Made by a program: the position numbers and the translations under genes. A stretch of 64,000 bases of DNA from Candidatus Omnitrophota bacterium. GTDB lineage: Bacteria > Omnitrophota > Omnitrophia > Omnitrophales > Aquincolibacteriaceae. The first letter of the stretch is position 1, and every line of letters begins with the position of its first letter. Below the pieces are notes generated by a model. The model ran no database searches. It was not told where the DNA came from and was given only the letters and a program-made list of their open reading frames with translations. The stretch is taken from NCBI GenBank assembly GCA_022709525.1, contig JAKLIQ010000002.1, positions 128,984 through 192,983 of the forward strand, read 5' to 3'. Below, piece after piece: positions 28,327-37,980 of the stretch.

Positions 28327-29437
28327 CTAATTCTTTGTCACATTCTGTTTAAGATATGCCTCGATAAAAGGGTCGAGATCCCCGTCCATCACCGCATCCC
28401 CGTTCGAAGTTTCGACATCCGTGCGGTGGTCTTTGACCATCGTATAAGGATGAAACACATAAGAGCGGATCTGGGAACCCCATTCGATCTTCTTTTTGGG
28501 CCCGTATTGCGACGCAAGCGCCGCTTCTTTTTCCTGGCGCAATCTTTCATAAAGTCGCGCCTTTAAGACCTTCATCGCTACCTGCTTATTCTGCGCCTGA
28601 GAACGTTCATTTTGGCATTGCGTCACGATGCCTGTCGCGAGGTGCGTGATACGGATCGCGCTGGAGGTTTTATTCACATGTTGCCCGCCCGCCCCGCCGG
28701 CCCGATAGGCGTCGATCCGGATATCAGCTTCCTTGATCTCGATCTCGGGAATGTCGTCCACTTCCGCGATCACGTCCGCGGACGCGAACGATGTGTGGCG
28801 GCGTTTATTGGCGTCAAAAGGCGAGATGCGCACGAGACGGTGAACGCCCGATTCGGCTTTCAGATAACCATAAGCGTAACCCCCCTGCACGATAAAAGTC
28901 GCGCTTTTAACCCCGGCTTCTTCCCCCTGCATCAGATCGACCATTTGAATGTTATAGCTATGCTGTTCGGCCCACCGCGTATACATACGCAAGAGCATCT
29001 GCGCCCAGTCGCAGGCCTCGGTGCCGCCAGCGCCGGCATTAATACTGACGATCGCATTGTTGGAATCAAAAGGTCCGGATAGAAGGCGCTGGAATTCCAG
29101 GAGCTCGACTTCGCGGCCTAATTTGGCGACATCCTGCTCAAGCTCTTTGAGGGATTCTTCCTGATTCTCATCCACCATTGCGAGGAGCTCAAGAAGGTCA
29201 TTGAGGGATTGATGGGCTTTCTGCCAGGGATCGACGATCTTTTTGAGGGTTTTCAGCCGTTCAACGGTGGCCTGGGCGTCCTGCTGACGGTCCCAGAAAT
29301 CAGCGCGAGCCATCTTTTCGTTGATGCCGGCGATCTCGCGCTCTTGACCTTCAAGGTCAAAGATACCCCCTTATCTCTTGGAGCTTTTCCTTGAGATCCT
29401 TAAGACGGTCCTGGAGTGCGGCGATTTGTTCTTTCAT
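28327..29437 (-). CDS. prfB: Peptide chain release factor 2, with programmed +1 ribosomal frameshift
   Basis: The upstream mini-[29 protein letters not shown] ends at CTT TGA C (29362..29356). It is preceded by the SD-like motif AGGGGG. The +1 frame continues DLEGQER...MARADFWD... and contains the GGQ motif ([11 protein letters not shown]) and SPF. Confidence 0.9.
29356..29362 (-). other. prfB +1 frameshift site CUU UGA C
   Basis: The sequence GGGGGTATCTTTGAC was read on the minus strand. Confidence 0.85.
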
Positions 29438-29447
29438 AAGTTGGAGT

Positions 29448-29476
29448 AGTTTACTGAATGAGGAGGGGTTTTACAA
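29448..29476 (-). promoter_or_regulatory. Candidate prfB promoter: TTGTAA, 17-nt spacer, TAAACT, ending 10 nt before the ATG
   Basis: The minus strand reads TTGTAAaacccctcctcattcagTAAACTactccaacttATG. Confidence 0.35.
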
Positions 29477-29568
29477 GGGAGAACGAGCGCGATATATAAC
29501 GGACAACGCGCAATGAACGTTTTTCGCGTTGAACTTTGCGCCTGCCTGCCGGCAAGGCAGGCGTTGCG

Positions 29569-29757
29569 CTAAATCATCGGATTGCGGCGGTGTTTGACCG
29601 TAGAAAGCTTTGCAGCCGCGGCAAAAAATACGGCTACAACGATCAAGCTTTTCGGATCGAAAGAACGGAACCCGAAAACGATCAAATAGAGAATCAAACA
29701 CGCAATGACCGCGAGCGCGCCGGTTGCAATCAATTTATGTCTCTGGGGCTCTGTCAT
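29569..29757 (-). CDS. Small membrane protein (hypothetical, ~62 aa)
   Basis: A strong SD (TAGGAGGTG) lies 5 nt before MTEPQRHKLIATGALAVIACLILYLIVFGF... Confidence 0.4.
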   Translation of the reverse strand: MTEPQRHKLIATGALAVIACLILYLIVFGFRSFDPKSLIVVAVFFAAAAKLSTVKHRRNPMI

Positions 29758-29921
29758 GGAACACCTCCTACGATACTGCTTGCCGTCCACATTCAGGTGT
29801 AAACCAAACGAAAACGCCCAACTTCCGACATCTCTAACGACGGCATTATCCTATCCTGACTTTTGTTTTTTTTCAACAGAAGGTAGTCAAGACGGTCATC
29901 AGCCGTTCCATGCTTGACCTT

Positions 29922-30134
29922 TTATCCCTTCTTTGCCTCTTTGCCCTTTAAGGCATCGATAAACATCAAAACAAGCTTTCCCACCAGCCAGATCAGCAAG
30001 AGACCAAGCGCAATGACCACAAGGACTCTCAAGGCAAGACCCAATAGAAGCAGGAACGGAAAGAGCAGTATGCCCAACCCGGCAAGCGCAAGCGCCGCAA
30101 CAATGACAAGCAATCCCACAAAAAATTCCTTCAT
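29922..30134 (-). CDS. Small hydrophobic membrane protein (hypothetical, 70 aa)
   Basis: An SD (AAAGGAG) lies upstream. The product contains two TM helices. Confidence 0.45.
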   Translation of the reverse strand: MKEFFVGLLVIVAALALAGLGILLFPFLLLLGLALRVLVVIALGLLLIWLVGKLVLMFIDALKGKEAKKG

Positions 30135-30254
30135 CGGAGATCTCCTTTCTTTATGAAACCTGCCGCAACGGCGTCATTACATAGTTTTATACCTTCCCTT
30201 ACACGGTTTTTTGGTTATAATCCCTCTCCTGATAGCGCTTTCGTATTTATCCAT

Positions 30255-30330
30255 GGTGGGCGTAGCTCAATTTGGTTAGAGCACAAGATTGTGGATCTTG
30301 GGGTTGCGGGTTCAATTCCCGTCGCCCACC
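30255..30330 (+). tRNA. tRNA-His (anticodon GTG) with encoded G-1
   Basis: Cloverleaf read by eye as GGTGGGCGTAGCTCAATTTGGTTAGAGCACAAGATTGTGGATCTTGGGGTTGCGGGTTCAATTCCCGTCGCCCACC. Confidence 0.85.
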
Positions 30331-30346
30331 CTTTTAAAATATCCTC

Positions 30347-30889
30347 ATGCACCGACTCATTGCGATAAAAAAAGTTAGCGACATTCCTTCATTCTACCGC
30401 CGCAGCCCCATCGGCCGGCTGCTGGAGTACCATAATCTGGGGCGTCCTTTCGAAGACTACTCCCATGCGCAACTCTTGGTCGGCATGTGCATGGACCATC
30501 GAAAATACCTCCATATCCCGGACAATTTCGCCTTTATCATGCGGACCGGCGGCGCCAACCTCCGGTATAGCGAATTCAAGGTTTCTTACGCGATCGCTGT
30601 AGGCGGCGTTTCCGCGATCGCCCTGATCGGGCACGACCAGTGCGGCATGGTCAACCTCGCCTCCCGGAAAGATCTTTTCATTAAAGGATTGGTAAAGTAC
30701 GGCGGCTGGAAGAAAAAGGACGCCGAAGAACATTTTCTGAGTTCGTTTATGAAATTCGAGATCGGTCATGAGGCCGATTTTGTCTTAAGCGAAGTGAAGC
30801 GCCTCCGCCTGCGATACCCCAAAGTCAAAGTCGCCCCCATGATCTACAAAATGAAGGACAACCGGCTCTACCTTTTAAAGGAAAAATGA
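30347..30889 (+). CDS. Beta-class carbonic anhydrase-like protein
   Basis: The zinc-ligand motifs CMDHR and HDQCGM are present. Confidence 0.55.
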   Translation: MHRLIAIKKVSDIPSFYRRSPIGRLLEYHNLGRPFEDYSHAQLLVGMCMDHRKYLHIPDNFAFIMRTGGANLRYSEFKVSYAIAVGGVSAIALIGHDQCGMVNLASRKDLFIKGLVKYGGWKKKDAEEHFLSSFMKFEIGHEADFVLSEVKRLRLRYPKVKVAPMIYKMKDNRLYLLKEK

Positions 30890-30905
30890 TCTTTTTGGAT
30901 CGGAT

Positions 30906-32732
30906 ATGACTTTAAAAAAAATAAGATCCATTTTATTCCTGGCCCTGTTCACGGCGCTCGCCGGACGGCTTTTCGCCGGGACTCCGCCTTCCCCCGAGAC
31001 GACCAAAGGCCCGCTTCCCGATTCCCAGGTTCTTTTGATCTTTGTTGACAGTCTCCGGCCTGACATTGTGGACCTCATGGTTGAAAAAGGCCGGCTTCCT
31101 AATATTAAAAAATTCTTCTATGATAAAGGCCTCCGCTTTCAGAATTTTTTCAGCACATTCCCCTCTTTGACGGTCAATGCCTATACCTGCCTCATAACGG
31201 GAAAACGCCCCGATCAATCCGGGCTTAAAGCGCAGTCTCTTTTCGAGCGATTCCCTACGCGCAAGAAAAACATCATGAAGCGGATGTTCTTCATCCCCGA
31301 GAAATTCCCCCGCTATTTCAATATGCTCACCAACGTGGAAAAGGCGCCGGCGGTCCTGAAGCAGAATAAGGCCAAGGCCCTTTACGATTACCTCGGGGAG
31401 AAATACCACACAGCCCTTGTCCCCGTCAGCCCGTCGGCGATCCCCTGGGCTTGGCCCCATGTCGCCTCCAACGAAGTCGACCACGCTTATTTTGTCACAA
31501 CAGAGGCGCCGGCGATGCTGGACGATCTGAACGGAAAATATGCGGTCCGTTACATGGTTCCGGATACCCGGGCAAAACTCCTTATTGTTTGGTTCACCTT
31601 GCTGGATGAAGAACAGCACCGGCGCGAAAGGGGGCAATTTGACGAGGCCGTTCAAAAGGAAATGGACAATGTCGACGAATGGCTCGGAAAGATCTACGAC
31701 GGGCTTGTCAGAGAATCGAACGGCCGCCAACCTTATGTGATCCTATTTTCCGACCACGGCGCGTACGGCGGGCAAAATGGCGTCTATAATCAGCCCTATT
31801 ACATCGGACGTGATCTTTTCTATCGGATATTCAAGATGAACGTCCGTGGCCCTGATTATACGATCAGCCACGCCGGAACCGATCTTGCGTCCTACGCCTA
31901 TATTGACAATATGGGGCGCGGCCAAGCGCGTATTTTCTTACCGGCCGGCGACAGCACCTCCGGGAATTGGGAACGACCGAACACTTTCTATGAACTGACT
32001 CATTACGGCCTGGGGCCTAACCGGAAACCCGTGGATCTTGTCAGCGAACTTTTAAATATTAATTTAGAGTCCCGGAACAAATTCCCCGGAACGATCGATC
32101 CCCATCCTATCGACCTCCTTTTTGTAAAACTCGCCGAAGATCTGGTCTACGTGGCGCGCCGCGGCGGCATCGAAGCGCTGATCGAGATCGGTCGTGAGGG
32201 CGAGCATCTGCGGTACCGCTACAGGCCGATCCGGAATTTCTCGCAGGACCAGACCGGACAATGCACTTTTGAGGAAACCTCTTCAGCGGATCCTTTTGGT
32301 TATTTGACGGACCCGAAATTCCGCGCTGAGGATCGGGCTGCGTTTCTCCAGGAATTTCATGACGACCGGGAATGGCTGGAAGCGACTTATGAAACCGCTT
32401 ATCCCGATGCCGTCACGGCTGTGGCCCGGGCCCTGTCCTGGAAACCCGAACTTTCTCATTTGGCCCGGTCGCAGGATCCCGACCTCTGGATCTCCGCCGC
32501 GTCTGGGTGGAACTTCAGGATCGAAGACATTAACGGCGCGGACCACGGCGCGATCTTAAAAGACGCGCTTCGATCCACCTTAATGCTCTCCGGACCTCAC
32601 ATCCGGACCGGGACCGAATCAGCGCCCCACCGCCTTATCGATCTGACGCCGACCCTGATGCAGCTGGTCGGTTATAAGAAAAAAACAGACTTTGACGCGG
32701 CTGCGATCGAAAATATCTATGAGAACGCCTAA
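30906..32732 (+). CDS. Secreted alkaline-phosphatase-superfamily phosphodiesterase / nucleotide pyrophosphatase-like protein
   Basis: A signal peptide is followed by motifs DSLRPD and FPSLTVNAYTCLITG, which resemble the NPP/type I phosphodiesterase family. Confidence 0.65.
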   Translation: MTLKKIRSILFLALFTALAGRLFAGTPPSPETTKGPLPDSQVLLIFVDSLRPDIVDLMVEKGRLPNIKKFFYDKGLRFQNFFSTFPSLTVNAYTCLITGKRPDQSGLKAQSLFERFPTRKKNIMKRMFFIPEKFPRYFNMLTNVEKAPAVLKQNKAKALYDYLGEKYHTALVPVSPSAIPWAWPHVASNEVDHAYFVTTEAPAMLDDLNGKYAVRYMVPDTRAKLLIVWFTLLDEEQHRRERGQFDEAVQKEMDNVDEWLGKIYDGLVRESNGRQPYVILFSDHGAYGGQNGVYNQPYYIGRDLFYRIFKMNVRGPDYTISHAGTDLASYAYIDNMGRGQARIFLPAGDSTSGNWERPNTFYELTHYGLGPNRKPVDLVSELLNINLESRNKFPGTIDPHPIDLLFVKLAEDLVYVARRGGIEALIEIGREGEHLRYRYRPIRNFSQDQTGQCTFEETSSADPFGYLTDPKFRAEDRAAFLQEFHDDREWLEATYETAYPDAVTAVARALSWKPELSHLARSQDPDLWISAASGWNFRIEDINGADHGAILKDALRSTLMLSGPHIRTGTESAPHRLIDLTPTLMQLVGYKKKTDFDAAAIENIYENA

Positions 32733-33813
32733 ATTAGCGGCTCTTATTTTTTGGGTCTTTTTTTCTTTTATTCCTGCGGCTTTCGCGCTGACGGCAGTCG
32801 AGGATTCCGCCGAAGACCTCTATTGGTCGGACCCGATGACGGTCCATGATTACAAGAAAAGATCCGACCTCCACAGCATTTCAGTCTCGGCCCTGGCAAC
32901 CACCGAGCTTGAATTCGTCAGACTTGGGGACGGGCTGATCCAATTGATCGCCCGGAACAAACGTAGCCCCATTTCCCGGTCGCTTGACACGCTGGAATAC
33001 GCTTATTCCAAACTTCCCCGGATCGAACCGGTCCGGCGCTTTGGGCAATTATGGGATGCTTTGCAGCTTCGCCAGCTCTCTTTATCCGACGCCCGTATCG
33101 CCGGCTCCGTGCTGTTCGGCGGCAGCTTCGGCAGCATCACGCCGATGATGCAGGTGCGCGTCCATAACCTTTTTGTCTGCATTGAGGATATCCTTTATGA
33201 TATCGACGGCGCGGTCATGTATCCTTTCAATTGGGGTATTTCTACGCTGCGCGAAAAACCCACGCAGGTCAAAAGTTTGGGTTACGCCGTTGACGGCCTC
33301 AGCTTCCTGCGCCAGCATATTTCGTCGGTTCTGAAATACGTCAATAAAAAGGTCGTCCGCGCCAGTTCCGAGATCGTCATGAGCATTGAAAAGACCCACG
33401 ACGCCATGATCCGGAGAAAGCTGAAAAAACAACGCGGACATTTATTGATCTATTCGAAAATGCCGGTTTCCGTTTTTGAAAAAAACCGCTCCTATTTTAC
33501 CACCGACAAGGGCCGGGTTTCGGCGGGAACGCTCGACGAATGGTATAAAAAGATCTTTACCAATCCTGAGCTTTTGCCTGAAGACGTGCGCGACGCCGAT
33601 CTTCTTGCTGTCAAAATCACGGCGGAAGAGGATCCATCGCAGGAGATCATCGTTGCGGCGGAATACCGGGTCTGGGATGAGACCCCCCGCGAACTTAAAA
33701 AATATGTCATTACCTCCGATGAATTCCGGGAACTGATCAAATCCTATGACGCGCCTTCCCCGGCGGCGCCCTCGGCCCCAGAAATCACTTGCAAAATCGA
33801 TCATCCTCTGTAA
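32719..33813 (+). CDS. Hypothetical secreted protein
   Basis: The signal peptide reads MRTPKLAALIFWVFFSFIPAAFALTA. No family was recognised. Confidence 0.45.
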   Translation: MRTPKLAALIFWVFFSFIPAAFALTAVEDSAEDLYWSDPMTVHDYKKRSDLHSISVSALATTELEFVRLGDGLIQLIARNKRSPISRSLDTLEYAYSKLPRIEPVRRFGQLWDALQLRQLSLSDARIAGSVLFGGSFGSITPMMQVRVHNLFVCIEDILYDIDGAVMYPFNWGISTLREKPTQVKSLGYAVDGLSFLRQHISSVLKYVNKKVVRASSEIVMSIEKTHDAMIRRKLKKQRGHLLIYSKMPVSVFEKNRSYFTTDKGRVSAGTLDEWYKKIFTNPELLPEDVRDADLLAVKITAEEDPSQEIIVAAEYRVWDETPRELKKYVITSDEFRELIKSYDAPSPAAPSAPEITCKIDHPL

Positions 33814-33833
33814 ACTCCCTTCATTAATCATTT

Positions 33834-35081
33834 TTGCTCCGAAAAACGGGGAACATGAATAATCCTGTCCGCTCTCCTAAAAACACGCTGCTTGCCAGGA
33901 TCGAAGCGCTGAACTGTCGGATCCAAGAGGCCAAAAAACGCGACCTCTATCCTTACATGCATTCCTCCGACGCTGTCGACGGCGTTCACATCACGATCCG
34001 TGGCAAGCCGATGCTCCAATTCTCCTCCTATTCCTACCTCGATCTCCTGGGACACCCCAAGATCAATGCGGCGGCCAAAAAGGCCCTTGAAGAATTCGGA
34101 ACAGGCACTCACGGCGTCCGGTTCCTGACCGGGACCACACGCATCCACCAGGAGCTTGAAAAAAAGATCGCGTCATTTAAAAAAACCGAGGAGGCGATCG
34201 CGCTTTCCACGGGTTACGGCGCCAATTGCGGGACTATTTCGGCGTTGCTGGGTCGAAACGACACCGTGATCTCCGATAAGGTCAATCACGCGAGCATAGT
34301 GGACGGGTGCATCTTATCGCGCGCGCAATTCGTCCGCTTCGAACATAATGACATGGCCTCGCTTGAAGAATCGCTCGAAAAAGCGCCGAAAAAAGGGGTG
34401 AAACTTGTGGTCGCTGATGCTGTCTTCAGTATGGACGGCGACATTATTAATCTTCCGCAAGTAATCCGTCTCTGCCGCAAATTCAAGGCCCTTCTTATGA
34501 TCGACGAGGCGCATTCGCTTGGGGTCCTCGGAAAAAAAGGTACCGGGATCGAGGAACATTTCGGGATCGACCCGGCCGAAGGCTTGATCGATATCAAGAT
34601 GGGAACTTTGAGCAAAACGATCCCTTCGATCGGCGGTTATATCGCCGGCAATTCGAAGCTTGTTAATTTCCTAAAACACTCGATCCGTCCTTTTATCTTT
34701 TCCGCTTCCCTGCCGCCGGCCTCCGCCGCGGCCGCCAAAGCATCATTTGAGGTCATCGAGGAAGAAACATGGCGTATTAAAAAACTCCACGAAAATATGC
34801 ATTATTTCCTTAAGACGCTCCGAATGAACGGTTTTACCACGCTCCAAAGTCAAAGCCCCATTGTCCCGATCATTATCGGCGACGACGCAAAGGCCTTGGA
34901 GATGACCCGCCTCGCGAGACAAGAAGGGATCTTTATTGTGCCGATCCTTCCCCCTGCCGTGCCGCCTCATACAACCCGCATCCGGACAACGGTAACCGCG
35001 GGCCATTCCCTTCAAGAGATCGAGCGCGCCATCAATGCCTTTGCAAGGATCGCAAGGTCGCTCGGCATCATTAAACCGTAA
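33834..35081 (+). CDS. Alpha-oxoamine synthase (PLP), serine palmitoyltransferase-like
   Basis: The sequence has a fold-type I AOS fold. NHASIVDG is present. The PLP lysine motif GTLSKTIPSIGGYIAG is of the S-K type seen in bacterial SPT rather than the G-K type of BioF/Kbl. Confidence 0.7.
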   Translation: MLRKTGNMNNPVRSPKNTLLARIEALNCRIQEAKKRDLYPYMHSSDAVDGVHITIRGKPMLQFSSYSYLDLLGHPKINAAAKKALEEFGTGTHGVRFLTGTTRIHQELEKKIASFKKTEEAIALSTGYGANCGTISALLGRNDTVISDKVNHASIVDGCILSRAQFVRFEHNDMASLEESLEKAPKKGVKLVVADAVFSMDGDIINLPQVIRLCRKFKALLMIDEAHSLGVLGKKGTGIEEHFGIDPAEGLIDIKMGTLSKTIPSIGGYIAGNSKLVNFLKHSIRPFIFSASLPPASAAAAKASFEVIEEETWRIKKLHENMHYFLKTLRMNGFTTLQSQSPIVPIIIGDDAKALEMTRLARQEGIFIVPILPPAVPPHTTRIRTTVTAGHSLQEIERAINAFARIARSLGIIKP

Positions 35082-35113
35082 CCTCCGACAGCCATCCTTC
35101 AAAGGAAGGATCC

Positions 35114-35890
35114 ATGATAAAAAGCTACGTTTTAATTACCGGCGCTTCCGAAGGGCTCGGCCGCGAATTAGCCAGGATCTTTTTCCGGAATGGGCACTCT
35201 CTGGTCTTGGTCGCCCGCAACCAGGCCCGACTCGAAGAACTTGCCAAGGCACTGAACCCCAGCGATCTTTCCATGATCAAAATCCTTACCGCTGACCTAT
35301 CGACCCCTGACGCTGCCGATCAATTGAAAACAACTCTCGATAAGCTTGGTCTGGAAATAGGGGTCTTGGTCAATAACGCGGGATCCGGCCTTCATGGTTT
35401 TTTTTATGAAACGGATTGGAAAGCCACGGAAGCCATGCTGAATCTTAACATGGTCTCTCTCACGCGGCTGACGCGGCTCCTTCTTCCAGGCATGATCCGC
35501 CGGGGCCGGGGAAAGATCCTGAATATCGCGTCCACTGCCGCCTTCCAGCCCGGACCTTTTATGGCCGCTTATTTCGCCTCCAAAGCTTGTGTTTTATCCC
35601 TGACAGAGGCTCTTGCGGAGGAGCTTGCAGGGACCGGCGTTACCGTCACTGCCTTTTGCCCGGGACCCATACGAACTCAATTCCAGACAAGATCCCATAC
35701 CGAAAATATCCGGGAAAACGCTTTTGCCATGGACGCCCAAGACGCCGCGCGGGCCGCTTACCGGGGGCTGCTTCGATCCAAACGCCTTGTGGTCCCGGGC
35801 TGGGTGAATAAGCTTTTGGTTTTCCTGGTCCGGCTTTTTCCCCGCCGGATCGTGGTCCGGGCGGCCCGTTTTTTCGAGGAAAAGTGTTGA
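35114..35890 (+). CDS. Classical SDR oxidoreductase (3-ketodihydrosphingosine reductase-like)
   Basis: The nucleotide-binding motif TGASEGLGRE and catalytic motif YFASK (YxxxK) are present. It lies directly downstream of the AOS. Confidence 0.7.
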   Translation: MIKSYVLITGASEGLGRELARIFFRNGHSLVLVARNQARLEELAKALNPSDLSMIKILTADLSTPDAADQLKTTLDKLGLEIGVLVNNAGSGLHGFFYETDWKATEAMLNLNMVSLTRLTRLLLPGMIRRGRGKILNIASTAAFQPGPFMAAYFASKACVLSLTEALAEELAGTGVTVTAFCPGPIRTQFQTRSHTENIRENAFAMDAQDAARAAYRGLLRSKRLVVPGWVNKLLVFLVRLFPRRIVVRAARFFEEKC

Positions 35891-36000
35891 TCGACCATAA
35901 CCGCCGGTGCCAAACATAAAAACCCCTTGCAAATTCATCCGGCATCGATAGACTTCACTGCGTATTTCAAAAATCCCCTATACATAAGGAGTTTCAAAAA

Positions 36001-37791
36001 ATGGCAACGCCTCTTGAAAAATGGGTTGAAGAACAAGCTCGGCTGACTAAACCGGCCAGGATCCACTGGTGTGACGGCTCGGAAGCCGAAGCTAAACAGT
36101 TGATCGAGATCGGCATGAAGGAAGAGACGATCAATGGAAAGCCCGTTTTTCAGAAATTAAATGATAAGGATTGGCCGAACGCCTATCTCCACCGCTCTCA
36201 TCCTAACGACGTTGCCAGGACCGAACAACTTACCTTTGTTTGCCATCCGAACAAGGAGACCGCCGGCCCCAATAATAACTGGATGGACCCTGCGGAAGCT
36301 AAAGCGAAAATGACAAAACTTTTCGACGGCTGCATGCGGGGCCGCACGATGTACGTCATGCCTTATATGATGGGACATCCCAAATCCCCTTACGCCAAGG
36401 CCTGCGTCCAGATCACGGATAACAGTTATGTGGCCGTCAGCATGCGGATCATGACGCGGATGGGGAAAGAAGCGCTTGATCGGATCGGAAATTCCGAAAA
36501 TTTTGTCCGCGGACTTCATTCCGTGGGCGATCTGAACCCCGAACGGCGTTTCATCATGCATTTCCCGCAGGAAAACCTTGTCTGGAGCTTTGGATCCGGC
36601 TACGGCGGCAATGCCCTGCTCGGCAAAAAATGTTTCGCGCTCCGCATCGCCTCCTGTATCGGCTTGAGGGAAGGATGGCTTGCCGAACACATGCTGATCA
36701 TGGGGATCCAGGACCCCAAGGGAAAAACCACCTATATCGCCGCGGCTCTTCCTTCGGCTTGCGGAAAAACGAACCTCGCGCTCATGCAATCGGCGCTTCC
36801 CGGATACAAGGTCTGGACCCTGGGCGATGACATCGCGTGGCTCAATGTCGGCCCCGACGGGAGACTTTATGCGATCAATCCCGAAGCGGGATTCTTCGGT
36901 GTCGCCCCCGGCACATCGCTTAAAACGAATCCCAGAATGGTCGAGACGCTCAAGAACGACAAATTTTTTCCGACTCTTTTTACAAATACTGCACTCGATA
37001 ACGATACGAACGAACCCTGGTGGGAGGGCTTGGACGGTGCCATGCCTAAGAATGTCGCGGATTGGCAGGGAAACCCGTGGGATCCTTCCAAAGGAACGAA
37101 GGCCGCCCACCCGAATTCCAGATTCACGGTTTCCATGTATAACTGCCCCACGCTCGCCAAAGAAGTGGACGACCCCAAAGGCGTTCCGATCTCGGCGATC
37201 CTGTTCGGCGGAAAACGCGCCAAGCTTATCCCTCTTGTCGCCGAGGCCTCCAGCTGGCAGAACGGCGTTTTCTTCGGAACCCGTATGGGTTCCGAGATCA
37301 CGGCTGCGGCTTCGTCCCTTACGGTCGGAGCGATCCGCCGTGATCCCATGGCCATGCTCCCCTTCTGCGGCTACAACATGGGAGATTATTTCAGCCACTG
37401 GTTGAACATCGGCAAAAAACTCAAACATCCTCCCAAGATCTACTCGATCAACTGGTTCCGCACGGATGAGAACGGAAAATTCATCTGGCCGGGCTTCGGG
37501 GATAACATTCGCGTTATCAAGTGGGTCCTGGACCGCATCGATGGAAAAGTGGGCGCTAAAGAAACCCCTCTCGGGTCCGTTCCTGATATGAAGGATTTCG
37601 ACCTTTCGGGGCTGAATATTCCGCAAGATAAGATCGAGCGGCTTTTTTCGGTCCATCCGACGGAATGGGCGGGCGAACTTCAGGAGATCGAAAAATATCT
37701 TTCGGAATTCGGCGCGCACACTCCCGAGGCGATCTGGCAGGAATACCGCTCTCTCGCTGAAAAGCTCGGGCACGCAACCACCGTAAAATAA
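36001..37791 (+). CDS. pckG: Phosphoenolpyruvate carboxykinase (GTP)
   Basis: The kinase-1a motif reads LPSACGKTNLALM. Length and overall profile fit GTP-dependent PEPCK. Confidence 0.9.
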   Translation: MATPLEKWVEEQARLTKPARIHWCDGSEAEAKQLIEIGMKEETINGKPVFQKLNDKDWPNAYLHRSHPNDVARTEQLTFVCHPNKETAGPNNNWMDPAEAKAKMTKLFDGCMRGRTMYVMPYMMGHPKSPYAKACVQITDNSYVAVSMRIMTRMGKEALDRIGNSENFVRGLHSVGDLNPERRFIMHFPQENLVWSFGSGYGGNALLGKKCFALRIASCIGLREGWLAEHMLIMGIQDPKGKTTYIAAALPSACGKTNLALMQSALPGYKVWTLGDDIAWLNVGPDGRLYAINPEAGFFGVAPGTSLKTNPRMVETLKNDKFFPTLFTNTALDNDTNEPWWEGLDGAMPKNVADWQGNPWDPSKGTKAAHPNSRFTVSMYNCPTLAKEVDDPKGVPISAILFGGKRAKLIPLVAEASSWQNGVFFGTRMGSEITAAASSLTVGAIRRDPMAMLPFCGYNMGDYFSHWLNIGKKLKHPPKIYSINWFRTDENGKFIWPGFGDNIRVIKWVLDRIDGKVGAKETPLGSVPDMKDFDLSGLNIPQDKIERLFSVHPTEWAGELQEIEKYLSEFGAHTPEAIWQEYRSLAEKLGHATTVK

Positions 37792-37807
37792 TTTTCCAGG
37801 GTCTTTT

Positions 37808-37841
37808 TAAAAACCGGCCATGCCACATGGCCGGTTTTTTT
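37808..37841. terminator. Bidirectional rho-independent terminator (A-run, 9-bp GC-rich stem CCGGCCATG/CATGGCCGG, T-run) between convergent pckG and metH
   Basis: Read directly as AAAAACCGGCCATGCCACATGGCCGGTTTTTTT. Confidence 0.8.
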
Positions 37842-37980
37842 ATCCCGTCTTCGCAGAAGACCTCGGGCGTAAGCCCGAGGCTGAATACGAGGGATAATCC
37901 CGCCGCATTTTGGCGTGGATGCTTCGGCGGGATGTCGCCGAAGCTGTGAGGTACCACGGCCGTGAGGCCGTGGGGCTCCA

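Noticed and set aside
31955-31970. GGGAATTGGGAAC resembling the 3' end of the element
   Set aside because: There is no CAATTTC/GAAATTG hairpin upstream, and it lies inside the phosphodiesterase coding sequence.
33222-33242. CCTTTCAATTGGGGTATT resembling a collapsed copy of the 48-nt element
   Set aside because: It lies inside a coding sequence, lacks the loop and the GGAT/GGGAC flanks, and is probably a chance match.
36157-37773. A 538-aa minus-strand ORF inside pckG, and the 37556..38428 ORF spanning the pckG/metH terminator region
   Set aside because: They are antisense to PEPCK, have Arg/Gly/Pro-rich composition, and the second runs through a bidirectional terminator.
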